DNA from: Synechocystis sp. PCC 6803 substr. PCC-P
GTDB taxonomy: Bacteria > Cyanobacteriota > Cyanobacteriia > Cyanobacteriales > Microcystaceae
Reading direction: 5' to 3'
DNA length: 32,000 nt
NCBI RefSeq assembly: GCF_000284455.1
Contig: NC_017039.1
Location: forward strand, 2,460,001-2,492,000
Shown here: positions 1-11,470 of the stretch, one piece after another
How the letters are laid out: each line of letters opens with the position of its first letter
How positions within the stretch are numbered: position 1 is the stretch's first letter
Made by a program: the position numbers and the translations under genes
Notes under the pieces: model-generated
What the model was told of the DNA's origin: nothing
Seen by the model: the letters and a program-made list of their open reading frames with translations, nothing else
Database searches by the model: none

Positions 1-37
1 TTCACGACTATTCCCCCTATATTTTAGAAATCATAAG

Positions 38-1381
38 TTAACTAATAGACAAAAATTCTTCTGCTACAATATGGGGAATAATTAAACAATGACGCCCTGT
101 AATACGAGCCGTATCTCCCCGCAAAATAATACCAGCGGCAACGTCATCAATAACCCAACTACCAACCATGTAATGGTAGTCAAATGCTTGGGGCAATTCG
201 ATATATTCCTGGATAATAAAGCCCTCTTCACCATAGCCATAGGTTGGCCGTTTTTCCACTGCCCCAGCCCCTAACTCAATCGAAACACCGATGCCTTCCA
301 TGCCTAAAAGGGGCTTACGAACGTGTAAACCTTCTAGTAATAGGCGGGTTGCTTCCAGGGAAATATCGCTTTCAAAATAGGTGGGCAGGAGATATTCAGC
401 ATACTCACTATCTTTAAACTGTTGCCAAATTAAAGCCATGGTTCCTTTATTAGATAAAATTTGCTTCCATAAAGGTTCAATAACTTTTGCATCTCCTACG
501 GCTAAGCGTTGCGCTAAGGCTTCAGTGCAACCAGCATTGGCCATATCATTTTGCAAATCTGACCAGTCATACATTTTCCACAAAATTGGAATTCTTTCGT
601 TGGCATGGTCAATGAAATAACCATCTTCATCCAAACCTAATCCTCTCTGCATTAGTTGACCCCGTTCATCTTCTAAGCCCCGTAAATAAACCAATTGGGT
701 GTAAACATTTTCATCCACTTCATCGTGGAGAATTTGGATTAATTGCATGGCCATTTCACTGTCTTCTTCCAGTTGCTCATCCACCAGAAAAGAAATGCCG
801 GTGCGGAGTAAATCATATTCTTCATAAATCCTGCGCCATTGCCCAGCTGTTCTTTCCCAATATTCATTAAACTGACTGGCATTGGCTGGTAAGGCATAGG
901 CCCCTTGATTGTGGTTGCGTTGGTAATCCACTAACCAATTCCATTGGTAAACGGTTTCTGCTCCTAATAGCGGGGTTTCTCCATTAATTTCAATCAATTT
1001 AATCTGACCATCTTCGGTGACTACTAGATCGAAACGGGTAGCTAAACTCAAGTCTTCCACCGGGTCGGTGCGATGCCAACTTTTTTTCAGAGCAGGCCAA
1101 TATTCAGGGCGAATTTTTAACTGGGCTAACCTTGCGTCAACGGCGGAATCATCATCTTCATCGAAAAACCAGTCCAGAAATTCCACACACATTTGCCAAA
1201 GTTTTTCACTCGCAATGGCGATCGCCGTTTCTTCTTGGGGGCTGAATTGGATGGCAAAGGGTTGGGGCAGGGCTTCCACCCAGTATTTTTGAGCTGGATC
1301 ACTGAGCACATCCGCTTGGTAAGCATTGTCCTGGATATGCTGGCGCCAGCGGGGACGACGACTAATTTTTATCGGTTGCAT
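38..1381 (-). CDS. Glutathionylspermidine synthase-like ATP-grasp family protein (YgiC/YjfC-like)
   Basis: 447-aa ORF. The protein contains LIEINGETPLLGAETVYQWNWL, LWKQILSNKGTMALIWQ, KPLLGMEGIGVSI and GFIIQEYIELPQAFDYHYMVGSWVIDDVAAGIILR, as in glutathionylspermidine synthase-type C-terminal ATP-grasp domains lacking the amidase domain. Its ATG overlaps the stop of the upstream ORF by 1 nt (TAATG on the minus strand). Confidence 0.85.
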   Translation of the reverse strand: MQPIKISRRPRWRQHIQDNAYQADVLSDPAQKYWVEALPQPFAIQFSPQEETAIAIASEKLWQMCVEFLDWFFDEDDDSAVDARLAQLKIRPEYWPALKKSWHRTDPVEDLSLATRFDLVVTEDGQIKLIEINGETPLLGAETVYQWNWLVDYQRNHNQGAYALPANASQFNEYWERTAGQWRRIYEEYDLLRTGISFLVDEQLEEDSEMAMQLIQILHDEVDENVYTQLVYLRGLEDERGQLMQRGLGLDEDGYFIDHANERIPILWKMYDWSDLQNDMANAGCTEALAQRLAVGDAKVIEPLWKQILSNKGTMALIWQQFKDSEYAEYLLPTYFESDISLEATRLLLEGLHVRKPLLGMEGIGVSIELGAGAVEKRPTYGYGEEGFIIQEYIELPQAFDYHYMVGSWVIDDVAAGIILRGDTARITGRHCLIIPHIVAEEFLSIS

Positions 1382-2130
1382 TATTTGCCTCCCCGGCCAG
1401 TGCCTTTAAAAGTAGAACCGAAACCCTTATTACTACTGCGGCCAGAAATAGTGCCTTTAGCAGCGGTACCCGATGGCCTAGGGGGAGCGGGGGCAGTGAC
1501 AGCTTTGGAAGTAGAAACTTTGCCTGTGGTGGTGCGGGGCACAGAGATGCCATTGGGGGTAATCAACTGATCCGGGTTTGTCCCCCGATAGACAATGGAT
1601 GGTTGCAATACCCGCTGCTGCACACCGCCGGAATAAATATAGGTGTAATTATTGCCGTAGGGGTAAAAGTAAGCTCCGCCAAAAACCGGACGATAACCGC
1701 TCGTGTGGTAGCCACTGGGGGTAGGCTCACAGATTACCCTATCGGTTTGACAATCGGCTCGACTGCCGTAAACCGGGGCATTCCGTTGATGTTCCGCCTG
1801 GGCCGCTTTCATTTGGGCTTCGCAGTCCTCCGGGCGAATGGGGGGAGGGGTAGGGGCATTGGGTAATTTGCCGGCTTTATGGGCTTCCGCCAAGACTTTA
1901 TACTCATTGGCCTGATTGGCCATATCAGTTTTGCATTCCGCCACACTGGTGTAGTAAAGGGCTTCAATTTTTTCGTTACTTCCCCCACCACTACCCTGAT
2001 TGGTTTTGGGGTTATTGCCTTTGCAACTGGTGCTCACCATGGCCAACACCGCCACCATCGCTAGATATTGCCTAACCTGTTTACGATAAATAGGCCGAGA
2101 AATATTACCGGGGAAATGATTTGGTTCCAT
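1381..2130 (-). CDS. Putative YgiB/YjfM-like (DUF1190/UPF0441) lipoprotein
   Basis: 249-aa ORF with a hydrophobic N-terminus ending in a possible lipobox (VLAMVSTSC). It has spaced Cys motifs (ECKTDM...EDCEAQMKAAQAEHQRNAPVYGSRADCQTDRVICEPTPSG), then a Tyr/Gly region and a C-terminal SGRSSNKGFGSTFKGTGRGG tail. The layout matches what I recall of E. coli YgiB, and it lies directly upstream of the YgiC-like gene. Confidence 0.65.
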   Translation of the reverse strand: MEPNHFPGNISRPIYRKQVRQYLAMVAVLAMVSTSCKGNNPKTNQGSGGGSNEKIEALYYTSVAECKTDMANQANEYKVLAEAHKAGKLPNAPTPPPIRPEDCEAQMKAAQAEHQRNAPVYGSRADCQTDRVICEPTPSGYHTSGYRPVFGGAYFYPYGNNYTYIYSGGVQQRVLQPSIVYRGTNPDQLITPNGISVPRTTTGKVSTSKAVTAPAPPRPSGTAAKGTISGRSSNKGFGSTFKGTGRGGK

Positions 2131-2352
2131 GGCGATCGCCGGGTCACACAGTAATGATGGAATTATTGTATTGAGATTTTCTCGGAATAAACTAATTGGT
2201 AAAAATTATTTACGAAAGAATCATGAAAATTAGCTAATTTCAGCGCCATTGGGACCAAATGCGATCCTTCAATGGGGTTGATTAGAGGACAGGGATTGTT
2301 AAGCTAAGGAAATATGGACTGCCAAATTGTCATTCAATCTTGAGAAAATATC

Positions 2353-2835
2353 GTGCTAGACGAACAAGCAAAGAAAACCCTCCTGCGTAAAATTCCCCAC
2401 GGCCTCTACGTCTGTGGTGTTAAGTCCGGAGAAGAAGCCAATGGTTTCACCGCCAGTTGGGTAATGCAGGGTTCCTTTGAGCCGCCCCTGGTGGTTAATT
2501 GCGTGCGCACTGATTCCATTTCCCATCGGCTGTTACAGGAAAGTGGCCAGTTTGCCCTCAGTTTTCTGGCGGCGGACCAAAAAGATGTGGCGGCGCAATT
2601 TTTTAAACCCCAACGGCGGGTGGGGGACAAGTTTGAAAATTTTGATGTGCTTGATGCCCCCGAAACCGGTTGTCCTGTGCTCAAAGACTGTCTCGGTTAT
2701 GTGGAGTGTCGGGTGGTAGGGTCTGTGGCCCACGGCGATCACACCGTTTTTGTCGGCGAAGTCATTGGAGCCCAGGTTTTTAATGAAGGAGATCCCTTAT
2801 TACTAGAAAGCACTGGCTGGAACTACGGCGGTTAG
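2353..2835 (+). CDS. Flavin reductase-like domain (FMN-binding) protein
   Basis: 160-aa ORF with GTG start. LRKIPHGLYVCGVKSGEEANGFTASWVMQGSFEPPLVVNCVRTDSISHRLLQESGQFALSFLAADQ is typical of flavin reductase-like / flavoredoxin domains. Confidence 0.85.
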   Translation: MLDEQAKKTLLRKIPHGLYVCGVKSGEEANGFTASWVMQGSFEPPLVVNCVRTDSISHRLLQESGQFALSFLAADQKDVAAQFFKPQRRVGDKFENFDVLDAPETGCPVLKDCLGYVECRVVGSVAHGDHTVFVGEVIGAQVFNEGDPLLLESTGWNYGG

Positions 2836-2901
2836 TTGGAACGGGTTTAACGGGCCAACCTAGTCCTCTGATTGTGGTGGGAAAAGTATGTAAAAGTTGC
2901 G

Positions 2902-4152
2902 TCAATCCCCCACCGCTTCTAACCATTGTTCTTCACTGCCATTAAGTAAATGCTCGGCTGCTTCCATGAGGTCGGGCATTAACTCTTTAATGTCTTTTTT
3001 ATTTTCCAGATAGGTTTTGAGGGCCACCAGGGGATCAAGGGCGGAACCTACTCCCAATTCTGGCAACCGTGGCCGGGCCAACTGGCTAACCAGTTCTGGA
3101 CGGATGGTGTAGGAATGGCTCGGCTTTAAAGCCTCCTGTAATTTGCGGTTATCGATTTGTTCTAGCTGTTCAGAACGAATTTGGTAAATTAGCCGCACCA
3201 CGGCATTGTCAATGGCTGTTTTGGCGATCGCCATTAATAATTCCCCTTGGGGATCCGTCGCTTCCGTCACATCTACTTTAATGGTTTTAAAGGGGCGAGC
3301 GGGCAGGGGACAGAATTGCCAATCTACTTTTCCTTTACTAATTTCTAGCCAAATATAGCCTTTGTCTTCCTTTTCTTCGCCAAAGTCCACCCGCTCAATG
3401 CTACCGGGATAAACAATGGGGGGATTATTGTGGGGATTGAGATTTTGATGTTTATGGACATGGCCCAGGGCAACGTAATCAAATTCCGGCCGATTAATCA
3501 AAGCCAGGGGAATGGTAAAGCCCTTGCCCACGGACAGGGTTTTTTCCGCCCCAAAGGTGGCCCGGTCCGCCATTAAATGGGCCAACAAAATAGTGGGTAA
3601 TTGGGGATCTAAACTCCGAATTTCCCCTTCCAAAATGGGCTGTAACTTTTTCAGCAACAGCAAATTAATCGCTTCCAAGGATAACCCCTCCGTTTCCGGC
3701 CGGGTTAGGAGAGTCGAACGGGTTAACCAAGGCAAGGTAACAATCTGTAGATCTCCATTGGCGGTGGGAATTAAATGGGTGGCCAGGCGATCCCCAACGA
3801 TGAAACCGGGCACAGCCAGGGTGCGATAGATACATAAACTAGCTCCTCCACTGCCCTGGGAATGTTGGTCATGGTTGCCCACCAATAACACTGTGGGAAT
3901 ATCGGCATCGGCTAAACGGCGAAATTCGGCGGCAAAGGCTTCCTGCACATAGGGGGGCGGAGTGGCATCGGGGAAAGCATCCCCCCCAAATAGCACCACA
4001 TCGGCGGGTTCGGCGATCGCCCGGTCAATGCACAGCCGTAAACTCTGAATGAAATCCTCTAACCTCGTATTTAACCCCGTGGCCGGATTAATGTGCCCAT
4101 GGGAAAAACCACTGCCCAGGTGAATATCAGAAAGATGCAGGACTTTTAACAT
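2902..4152 (-). CDS. sbcD: SbcD-like exonuclease / metallophosphoesterase
   Basis: 416-aa ORF with metallophosphoesterase motifs HLSDIHLGSGF, DVVLFGGDAFPD, LLVGNHDQHSQG and VALGHVHKHQ. Confidence 0.85.
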   Translation of the reverse strand: MLKVLHLSDIHLGSGFSHGHINPATGLNTRLEDFIQSLRLCIDRAIAEPADVVLFGGDAFPDATPPPYVQEAFAAEFRRLADADIPTVLLVGNHDQHSQGSGGASLCIYRTLAVPGFIVGDRLATHLIPTANGDLQIVTLPWLTRSTLLTRPETEGLSLEAINLLLLKKLQPILEGEIRSLDPQLPTILLAHLMADRATFGAEKTLSVGKGFTIPLALINRPEFDYVALGHVHKHQNLNPHNNPPIVYPGSIERVDFGEEKEDKGYIWLEISKGKVDWQFCPLPARPFKTIKVDVTEATDPQGELLMAIAKTAIDNAVVRLIYQIRSEQLEQIDNRKLQEALKPSHSYTIRPELVSQLARPRLPELGVGSALDPLVALKTYLENKKDIKELMPDLMEAAEHLLNGSEEQWLEAVGD

Positions 4153-4168
4153 GGCAATGACTCTCCAA

Positions 4169-4197
4169 CAAAAAAAGGGAAGACCTCTAGTCCTCCC
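4169..4197 (-). terminator. Rho-independent-like terminator downstream of clpC
   Basis: On the minus strand: GGGAGGAC-TAGAG-GTCTTCCC-CTTTTTTTG, an 8-bp stem with one G.U pair followed by a T run. It lies between the clpC stop (4233) and the start of the SbcD-like gene (4152). Confidence 0.75.
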
Positions 4198-4232
4198 TTC
4201 ATCCTATGGTAATGGCCCGCTGGGGGACCTAA

Positions 4233-6698
4233 TTATTCAACGCCGGGGGCAATCAGTTCCCTCGTTTCACCGGGGATGACCACCACTTGGTTGTCTTCAC
4301 CAATGTCCACCAGCGCTTGGCTACCTTCCTTGAGGCGGCCGGAAAGAATTTCTTCGGCTAACACGTCTTCCAACAGGCGCATAATGGCCCGACGGAGGGG
4401 ACGGGCACCGTAGGCTGGGTTGAACCCTTCTTCCACAATGCGCTCCTTGAACTTGTCGGTGACCTGGAGAGAAATTTCTTTTTCCACCAACCGGGCAAAC
4501 ACATCCCGTAGGAGAATTTCCGAAATTTCCTTGACTTCCTCCTTGTTCAATTGGCGGAAGACGATAATTTCATCCAAACGATTCAAGAACTCAGGGCGGA
4601 AGTAGTTTTTCAACTCTTCATTCACCAAGGAACGAATGCGATTGTACTGAGACTCCGCTTGGTCATCGGCAAAGTCAAAGCCCAAACCACCGCCACCTTT
4701 TTCAATTACCTTGGAACCAATGTTGGAGGTCATGATCAACAGGGTATTTTTGAAATCCACTGTGCGACCCTTGGCATCGGTGAGGCGACCATCTTCCAAA
4801 ATTTGCAGAAGCATATTGAAGATGTCGGGGTGGGCTTTTTCAATTTCGTCGAACAGCACCACCGTGTAGGGACGGCGACGTACTGCTTCCGTCAACTGAC
4901 CGCCTTCGTTGTAGCCCACATAACCCGGAGGGGAACCAATTAATTTGGAAACGGTGTGTCGTTCCATAAATTCCGACATATCCAGACGGATCATGGCTTC
5001 CTCGGAACCGAAGAAGTAAGCCGCCAGAGCTTTGGTCAACTCGGTTTTACCTACCCCAGTGGGACCGGAGAAAATAAAGCTGGCAATGGGACGGTTGGGA
5101 TTTTTCAGCCCGACCCTGGCCCGACGGATAGCGCGGGAAACGGCCTTAACCGCATCTTCCTGGCCAATTAACCGTTGATGGAGGGTATCTTCCATATGCA
5201 ACAGTTTTTCTGACTCGGATTCCGTTAGCTTGTTCACCGGCACCCCTGTCCAGGAGGCGACGATGTGGGCAATTTCTTCGGAGGTCACTTCCGGCTCGCC
5301 GTTATCCCCTTCCGCTTTTTTGGAAGAGGCGATCGCCCGGATTTGTTTTTTAATTTCGTCTTCCCGGTCCTTGAGTTCCCCGGCTTGCTCGAAGTCCTGG
5401 TTGCGGACAGCATCATCTTTTTCTTTAAGAATCTGTCGCAATTCCTTGTCCAACTCCTTGGCGGCGGGGGGCAATTGGGAATTAATCAACCGCACCCGGG
5501 AACCAGCTTCGTCAATTAGATCGATCGCCTTATCGGGCAGGAAGCGGTCGGAGATGTAACGGTCGGAAAGTTTGGCGGCGGCTTCCAGGGCTTCGTCCAA
5601 AATTTTCAGTTTGTGGTGCTGTTCGTAACGTTCCCGCAGACCGTAAAGAATCTCGATGGTTTCTTCCACGGAGGGTTCCCCCACCATCACCGGTTGAAAA
5701 CGACGCTCCAGGGCTGCGTCCCGTTCAATGTGTTTGCGGTACTCATCCAGGGTGGTGGCACCAATACATTGCAATTCTCCCCGGGCTAGGGCGGGCTTGA
5801 GAATATTGGCAGCGTCGATCGCCCCCTCGGCGGCTCCGGCTCCGATTAGGGTATGAACTTCGTCAATCACCAGGATGATGTTACCGGCTTGGCGGATTTC
5901 ATCCATGATTTTTTTCAGCCGTTCCTCAAATTCCCCCCGGTATTTAGTGCCGGCCACCAATAGACCGATGTCCAGGGTGACGACCCGTTTTTCTTCGAGG
6001 ATGTCGGGAATATCTTTGTTGGCAATGCGCTGGGCCAAACCTTCGGCGATTGCCGTTTTACCAACCCCCGGCTCCCCAATCAGGACGGGGTTATTCTTGG
6101 TGCGGCGGCCGAGGATCTGAATCACCCTCTCAATTTCTTTTTGGCGACCTACCACCGGGTCTAACTTCCCTTCGGCGGCCATCTGGGTGAGGTTAGAGCC
6201 AAACTCATCTAAGGTAGGGGTTTTGGTGCGACCACCACTGCCACCACCGGCAGCTACTTCGGCCGTTTCTCCCAACATGCGGATCACCTGGGTGCGGACT
6301 TTGGAGAGATCAACCCCAAGGTTTTCTAGGACCCGAGCAGCTACCCCTTCCCCTTCTCGAATCAGACCCAACAGCAGGTGTTCGGTGCCAATGTAATTGT
6401 GACCCAGTTGCCGAGCCTCCTCAAGGGAAAGTTCCAGCACCCGCTTGGCCCGGGGAGTAAAGGGGATTTCCACGGCCACAAAGCCCGATCCCCGCCCGAT
6501 AATTTTTTCTACTTCGATGCGGGCATCTTTGAGATTAACCCCCATGGATTTGAGAACCTTGGCGGCGACGCCAGTCCCTTCGCCAATCAAGCCGAGCAGA
6601 ATTTGTTCCGTGCCAACGAAGTTATGTCCGAGGCGACGAGCTTCCTCCTGAGCAAGCATGATTACTTTAATGGCTTTTTCTGTAAAGCGTTCAAACAT
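4233..6698 (-). CDS. clpC: ATP-dependent Clp protease ATP-binding subunit ClpC (HSP100)
   Basis: 821-aa ORF. Starts [32 protein letters not shown]. Two AAA modules ([13 protein letters not shown] and [14 protein letters not shown]), a UVR-type linker and a ClpC-type C-terminus. Confidence 0.98.
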   Translation of the reverse strand: MFERFTEKAIKVIMLAQEEARRLGHNFVGTEQILLGLIGEGTGVAAKVLKSMGVNLKDARIEVEKIIGRGSGFVAVEIPFTPRAKRVLELSLEEARQLGHNYIGTEHLLLGLIREGEGVAARVLENLGVDLSKVRTQVIRMLGETAEVAAGGGSGGRTKTPTLDEFGSNLTQMAAEGKLDPVVGRQKEIERVIQILGRRTKNNPVLIGEPGVGKTAIAEGLAQRIANKDIPDILEEKRVVTLDIGLLVAGTKYRGEFEERLKKIMDEIRQAGNIILVIDEVHTLIGAGAAEGAIDAANILKPALARGELQCIGATTLDEYRKHIERDAALERRFQPVMVGEPSVEETIEILYGLRERYEQHHKLKILDEALEAAAKLSDRYISDRFLPDKAIDLIDEAGSRVRLINSQLPPAAKELDKELRQILKEKDDAVRNQDFEQAGELKDREDEIKKQIRAIASSKKAEGDNGEPEVTSEEIAHIVASWTGVPVNKLTESESEKLLHMEDTLHQRLIGQEDAVKAVSRAIRRARVGLKNPNRPIASFIFSGPTGVGKTELTKALAAYFFGSEEAMIRLDMSEFMERHTVSKLIGSPPGYVGYNEGGQLTEAVRRRPYTVVLFDEIEKAHPDIFNMLLQILEDGRLTDAKGRTVDFKNTLLIMTSNIGSKVIEKGGGGLGFDFADDQAESQYNRIRSLVNEELKNYFRPEFLNRLDEIIVFRQLNKEEVKEISEILLRDVFARLVEKEISLQVTDKFKERIVEEGFNPAYGARPLRRAIMRLLEDVLAEEILSGRLKEGSQALVDIGEDNQVVVIPGETRELIAPGVE

Positions 6699-7070
6699 AA
6701 TCTAAATCCATCACCTCAGCGTGCCCTGTGTATTGCTGATTCTAACATAGCGCTTTTATTGTGCTGTTGCCCTGGGTACAGCCGTGGGTGTAGGTTTAGC
6801 GGTGGAATGGCGAACTGCGTCTGTGGGGTTTTCCTCACCTCAACCGCCATAATCCTGTGCCCAGATTCCCTGTTTTTGACCCCGACAGTTAACAGAATCA
6901 GTGGACATAGAGCAATGGGTGATCCCCGTTTTGATTAGTTAAATTTCAGTCAAACTTAGTGAAATTATCAGAAATATTTTGGCGATCGCCTGATGACCCG
7001 CTAAAACTAACCAGAATCCCCCACCATCCTTGGGTAAATAATTCCGGTCAAAGTTGAAGCCAACTAGACT

Positions 7071-8255
7071 TTATGGCCGAGTAGCCACACAGGCGCTATT
7101 TTCCAACACCGTCCGCCGGGCCCATTGATCCGCTGCCAAAATTGTTTCTAAATCAGGGCTAGCAGTATTTTGACCAACGTAGAGGTCACAGGTCTTTTCA
7201 ATCAGACGGGGAATATCCAAAAAGCTAATTTTTTCTTGCAAAAATAAAGCCACCGCCTGTTCATTGGCCGCATTTAACACCGCTGGCATGGCTCCCCCAG
7301 CTCGCCCGGCCCCATAGGCCAATTGCATGCAGGGATATTTATCGTGATCTGGCTCCCGAAAACTCAAGCTACCGGCTTTAACTAAATCCAAAGGTTCCCA
7401 GTCGGTGTAAATTCTTTCTGGCCAAGATAGGGCATAGAGCAACGGCAAACGCATATCAGGCCACCCCAGTTGAGCTAGCACAGAAGTATCCTGCACCTCA
7501 ATTAAAGAATGAATAATGCTTTGGGGATGAATGACAATGTCTATATGATCGTAGTCCAAGCCAAATAGATAATGGGCTTCAATCACCTCCAAACCCTTGT
7601 TCATCAATGTGGCGGAATCAATGGTGATTTTTTGTCCCATAGACCAGTTGGGATGTTTGAGGGCATCCTGTACTGTTACAAACGGTAATCTTTCCACCGG
7701 CAAGTCCCGGAATGCTCCCCCGGAAGCGGTGAGAATGATCCGCCGTAACCCCCCTTCGGGAACCCCCTGTAAACATTGAAAAATGGCTGAATGTTCTGAA
7801 TCCGCCGGCAATAACTTCACCCCCATTTTTTCCACCAGGGGTAACACCACCGGAGCTCCGGCAATTAACGTTTCCTTATTGGCTAAAGCAATATCTTTCC
7901 CGGCGGCGATCGCCGCCATGGTGGGTAATAATCCCGCACAACCGACAATACCTGTGACCACACTTTCTGCATCACCATAACGGGCCACTTCCACCACCCC
8001 TTCTTCCCCCACCACGTACATGGGTTGGTAATCAGTTAGTTCGGCCACTGCTGCTTTTAGGTCCTCTAACTTTTCTGCCTGACGAATCGCAACAATCTCT
8101 GGGCGAAACTCCGCCACCTGTTGGGCTAGTAATGCAACATTTCCCCCAGCCGCTAAACCGACCACCTGAAAAGCATCAGGATGATGGGTAACAATGTCCA
8201 GAGTTTGGGTACCAATGGAACCGGTGGAGCCGAGGATAGAAATGCGTTTCACCAT
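7071..8255 (-). CDS. dxr: 1-deoxy-D-xylulose 5-phosphate reductoisomerase
   Basis: 394-aa ORF with [59 protein letters not shown] and [31 protein letters not shown]. Confidence 0.98.
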   Translation of the reverse strand: MVKRISILGSTGSIGTQTLDIVTHHPDAFQVVGLAAGGNVALLAQQVAEFRPEIVAIRQAEKLEDLKAAVAELTDYQPMYVVGEEGVVEVARYGDAESVVTGIVGCAGLLPTMAAIAAGKDIALANKETLIAGAPVVLPLVEKMGVKLLPADSEHSAIFQCLQGVPEGGLRRIILTASGGAFRDLPVERLPFVTVQDALKHPNWSMGQKITIDSATLMNKGLEVIEAHYLFGLDYDHIDIVIHPQSIIHSLIEVQDTSVLAQLGWPDMRLPLLYALSWPERIYTDWEPLDLVKAGSLSFREPDHDKYPCMQLAYGAGRAGGAMPAVLNAANEQAVALFLQEKISFLDIPRLIEKTCDLYVGQNTASPDLETILAADQWARRTVLENSACVATRP

Positions 8256-8416
8256 TACCGCCGTTGCTTAAGCTAAAACTAATCTTCCCAATCTTACGGG
8301 GTTGCCGCCCATCTGAGAAGAAAAAACTCCCCCAGGATTGAACCAAGGAGGAGCAAAATTATTTATTCTCTTGTTTTTACTAAGGCAAAACTTAGAAACG
8401 AAAAATTAACTTCAAT

Positions 8417-9496
8417 CTACACAGCAACGGAGGTGCGGGAGGTGGCGGTTAATTCACCTTTGGCATATTTAGCGGCGTAGTCATCCAAGGTCAATTGCTT
8501 GATTTTAGAGGCATTGCCAGCAGTCCAGAACTGTTGATAGCGATCGGCACAAACCTGCTTCATATATTTGATAGAAGGCTTGAGGAAGTGACGGGGATCA
8601 AAGTTCTTGGGATCTTTAGCAGCGGCTTCCCGGAAAGCGGCGGTGATGGCTAAGCGATTATCGGTGTCGATGTTTACTTTACGTACACCACTCTTGATGC
8701 CTTTTTGAATTTCTTCCACGGGCACACCATAGGTTTCGGGGATAGCACCACCGAATTCGTTGATCATGTCGATCCATTCCTGGGGAACGGAGGAAGAACC
8801 GTGCATTACCAAGTGGGTGTTGGGCAGCAGGCGGTGAATTTCTTCAATGCGGCTGATGGCCAAAACTTCACCGGTGGGTTTGCGGGTAAATTTGTAGGCA
8901 CCATGGCTGGTACCGATCGCCACAGCGAGGGCATCCACCTGGGTTTTGTTGACGAATTCCACTGCTTCTTCGGGATCGGTCAACAGTTGGGAGTGGTCTA
9001 ACTTCCCTTCAAAACCGTGGCCGTCTTCAGCTTCCCCTTGACCAGTTTCCAAGGAACCTAAGCAACCCAATTCCCCTTCTACACTGGCCCCAACGGAGTG
9101 GGCTACTTTAACTACTTCAGCGGTTACATTAACGTTGTACTCAAAGCTAGCGGGGGTCTTGGCGTCAGCTTCCAAGGAACCGTCCATCATCACACTGGTG
9201 AAACCGTTGCGGATGGCGGAATAGCAAGTGGCGGGGCTATTGCCGTGGTCTTGGTGCATGGCAATGGGAATGTGAGGATAGGTTTCGACCGCCCCCAAAA
9301 CTAAATGGCGCAGGAAATTTTCCCCAGCGTAGCTCCGGGCACCACGGGAAGCTTGCAAAATTACAGGGCTGTCGGTTTCATCAGCGGCCTGCATGATCGA
9401 AATGATCTGCTCCATGTTGTTGACGTTGAAAGCGGGAATGCCATAACCATTTTCCGCCGCATGGTCTAACAGCAGTCTCATTGGTACAAGAGCCAT
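8417..9496 (-). CDS. cbbA: Fructose-bisphosphate aldolase class II (Calvin cycle type)
   Basis: 359-aa ORF with [75 protein letters not shown] and [13 protein letters not shown]. The gene is also called fbaA/fda. Confidence 0.97.
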
Positions 9497-9779
9497 AAAT
9501 CCTCCTAAGTTCTATTGCCTAATGGGTATTTGGGTCGCAAGACAATTCTTTATATGGGTCTCATCTTAGGCTAGTTTCTGCGCCTTGACAATTTTTAACG
9601 ATCTTTTTTGTCCTGCCCCAAGGAATTTGTGCTAGGGCATTGAATTCGACCCGTATTTTTACCCCCACCCTAGTCTATGGCTGAGTTAACCAAGTCCAGG
9701 ATGGGGGAAGGTTTTGGGTAATCAAGTTGGGGTTCTATATCTCTTCCCCCCGGCAATAGGCGATCGGGGATCAAACAGT

Positions 9780-11081
9780 TCAGAGAGTAGCAAATACTTC
9801 CTTAGCGACGGCAATGGTCTGATCGATCTGTTCTTGGGTGTGGGCTAGGGAAGGAAAACCCGCTTCATACTGGGAAGGAGCTAGATAAATCCCCCTTTCC
9901 AACATACCCCGATGGAAACGGGCAAATTTATTGGTGTCGGCCAACTTAGCATCTTCATAGTTTCTGACAGGGCCAGGAGCAAAGAAAATTCCAAACATGG
10001 CACTGATGGAACCGCCACAAACTTCATGGCCCGCATCCTGAGCCGCAGCTAGTAAACCATCCACTAGCCGTTTGGTGATCTTATCCAAATATTCGTAGGA
10101 TCCTGGCTTTTGCAGAATTTCCAGGGTTTTAATACCCGCCGTCATGGCCAACGGGTTGCCGGACAGGGTACCCGCTTGATACATGGGGCCGGCTGGAGCC
10201 ACCATGGCCATAATTTCTTCCCGACCACCATAGGCTCCTACTGGTAAACCACCACCGATCACCTTACCGAGGGTAGTCAAATCGGGAGTAATGCCAAACC
10301 GGGCTTGGGCACCACCGTAGGAAACCCGAAAACCTGTCATCACCTCATCAAAAACCAACAGAGCACCATACTCCTTGGTCAGTTCCCGTAAACCTTCCAA
10401 AAAGCCCGCATCGGGGAGGATAAAACCGGCATTACCCACCACTGGCTCGAGAATTACCCCGGCAATGCTGTCAGGATTTTCCACGAACAGAGCTTTAACC
10501 GCCTCTAGATCGTTATAAGGAGCAGTCAATGTTGCTTTAGTTGTGTTACTGGGCACCCCAGGGGAATCCGGTAAACCGAGGGTCGCCACCCCAGAACCAG
10601 CTTTGACCAAGAACATATCGGCGTGGCCGTGGTAACAACCCTCAAATTTAATGATTTTTTCCCGTCCAGTGAAGGCCCGCATCAAGCGCAAAACGGACAT
10701 ACAGGCTTCGGTACCGGAGTTGACAAACCGTACCATTTCAATGCTAGGCACAGCATCAATGACCATTTCCGCCAGTACGTTTTCCTGGGCACAGGGAGCA
10801 CCAAAACTGGTGCCTTTATCCAAAGCTTGTTTGAGGGCGCTGATTACATCGGGGTGAGCGTGGCCACAAATGGCCGGCCCCCAGGTACCCACATAGTCAA
10901 TGTATTGATTACCATCTACGTCCCAAATCTGAGCCCCTTCTACTCGGTCAAAAACAATGGGCTGGCCGCCGACGGACTTGAAAGCTCTTACCGGGGAACT
11001 GACACCACCGGGCATTAAATGTTGAGCGGCGGCAAAAATCTCTTCTGATTTAGTGGTAATAAAAGGGGTTGCGTTAACCAA
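9780..11081 (-). CDS. hemL: Glutamate-1-semialdehyde 2,1-aminomutase
   Basis: 433-aa ORF with [73 protein letters not shown] and [19 protein letters not shown]. Confidence 0.98.
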
Positions 11082-11292
11082 TTCGCGTCTCCTTAGGGTG
11101 TAAAGACTGGCTATGGGAATTTATTGAACCTGTGCCCACATCAAAAAAACAGACGGGGAGAACTCCACTCTACAGAATTTTGGTGCTCCATTGAACAAAC
11201 TTCTGACACACTAGCTGGGAACCTAGAGTCCTTGGTGAGAGTTTGGGCAATTTATAGCTGTTAACCTCCATTTGTTTGGGCCAAGACTCTGA

Positions 11293-11417
11293 GAGCCCGT
11301 TTTAAACGCCCCCCTGACCCCCCAGATTTTGGGGGAAACTGAGTGACAGTCCCCCAGTATTGCGGTCGCTTTAGTGGGTCAATTTGGGGGGCGGAGTAAA
11401 ACTTTCCAAACACGTTC
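11293..11417. mobile_element. Candidate 125-bp MITE related to an IS5-family element
   Basis: Left end GAGCCCGTTTTAAACG. Reverse complement of the right end GAACGTGTTTGGAAAG. Both resemble the ends of the complete IS at 20551-21421 (GAGCGTGTTTGAAAAG and GAAAGTGTTTGAAAAG). Flanked by TGA on both sides (11290-11292 and 11418-11420). No ORF inside; interior has C6/G5-type inverted runs. Confidence 0.7.
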
Positions 11418-11470
11418 TGAGGCGCGGGGAAATTTTCAGATTTTCTGTACCGGGAAACAGGGAAAAATCG

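Noticed and set aside
4551-4943. 130-aa and other ORFs antisense to clpC (4420-4605, 4956-5171, 5230-5559, 5875-6120)
   Set aside because: Shadow ORFs of a GC-rich conserved gene with no independent evidence.
6378-6938. 186-aa plus-strand ORF overlapping the 5' part of clpC
   Set aside because: It is mostly antisense to strongly conserved clpC sequence and the translated product has no family features. It could cover an antisense transcript but not a supported protein.
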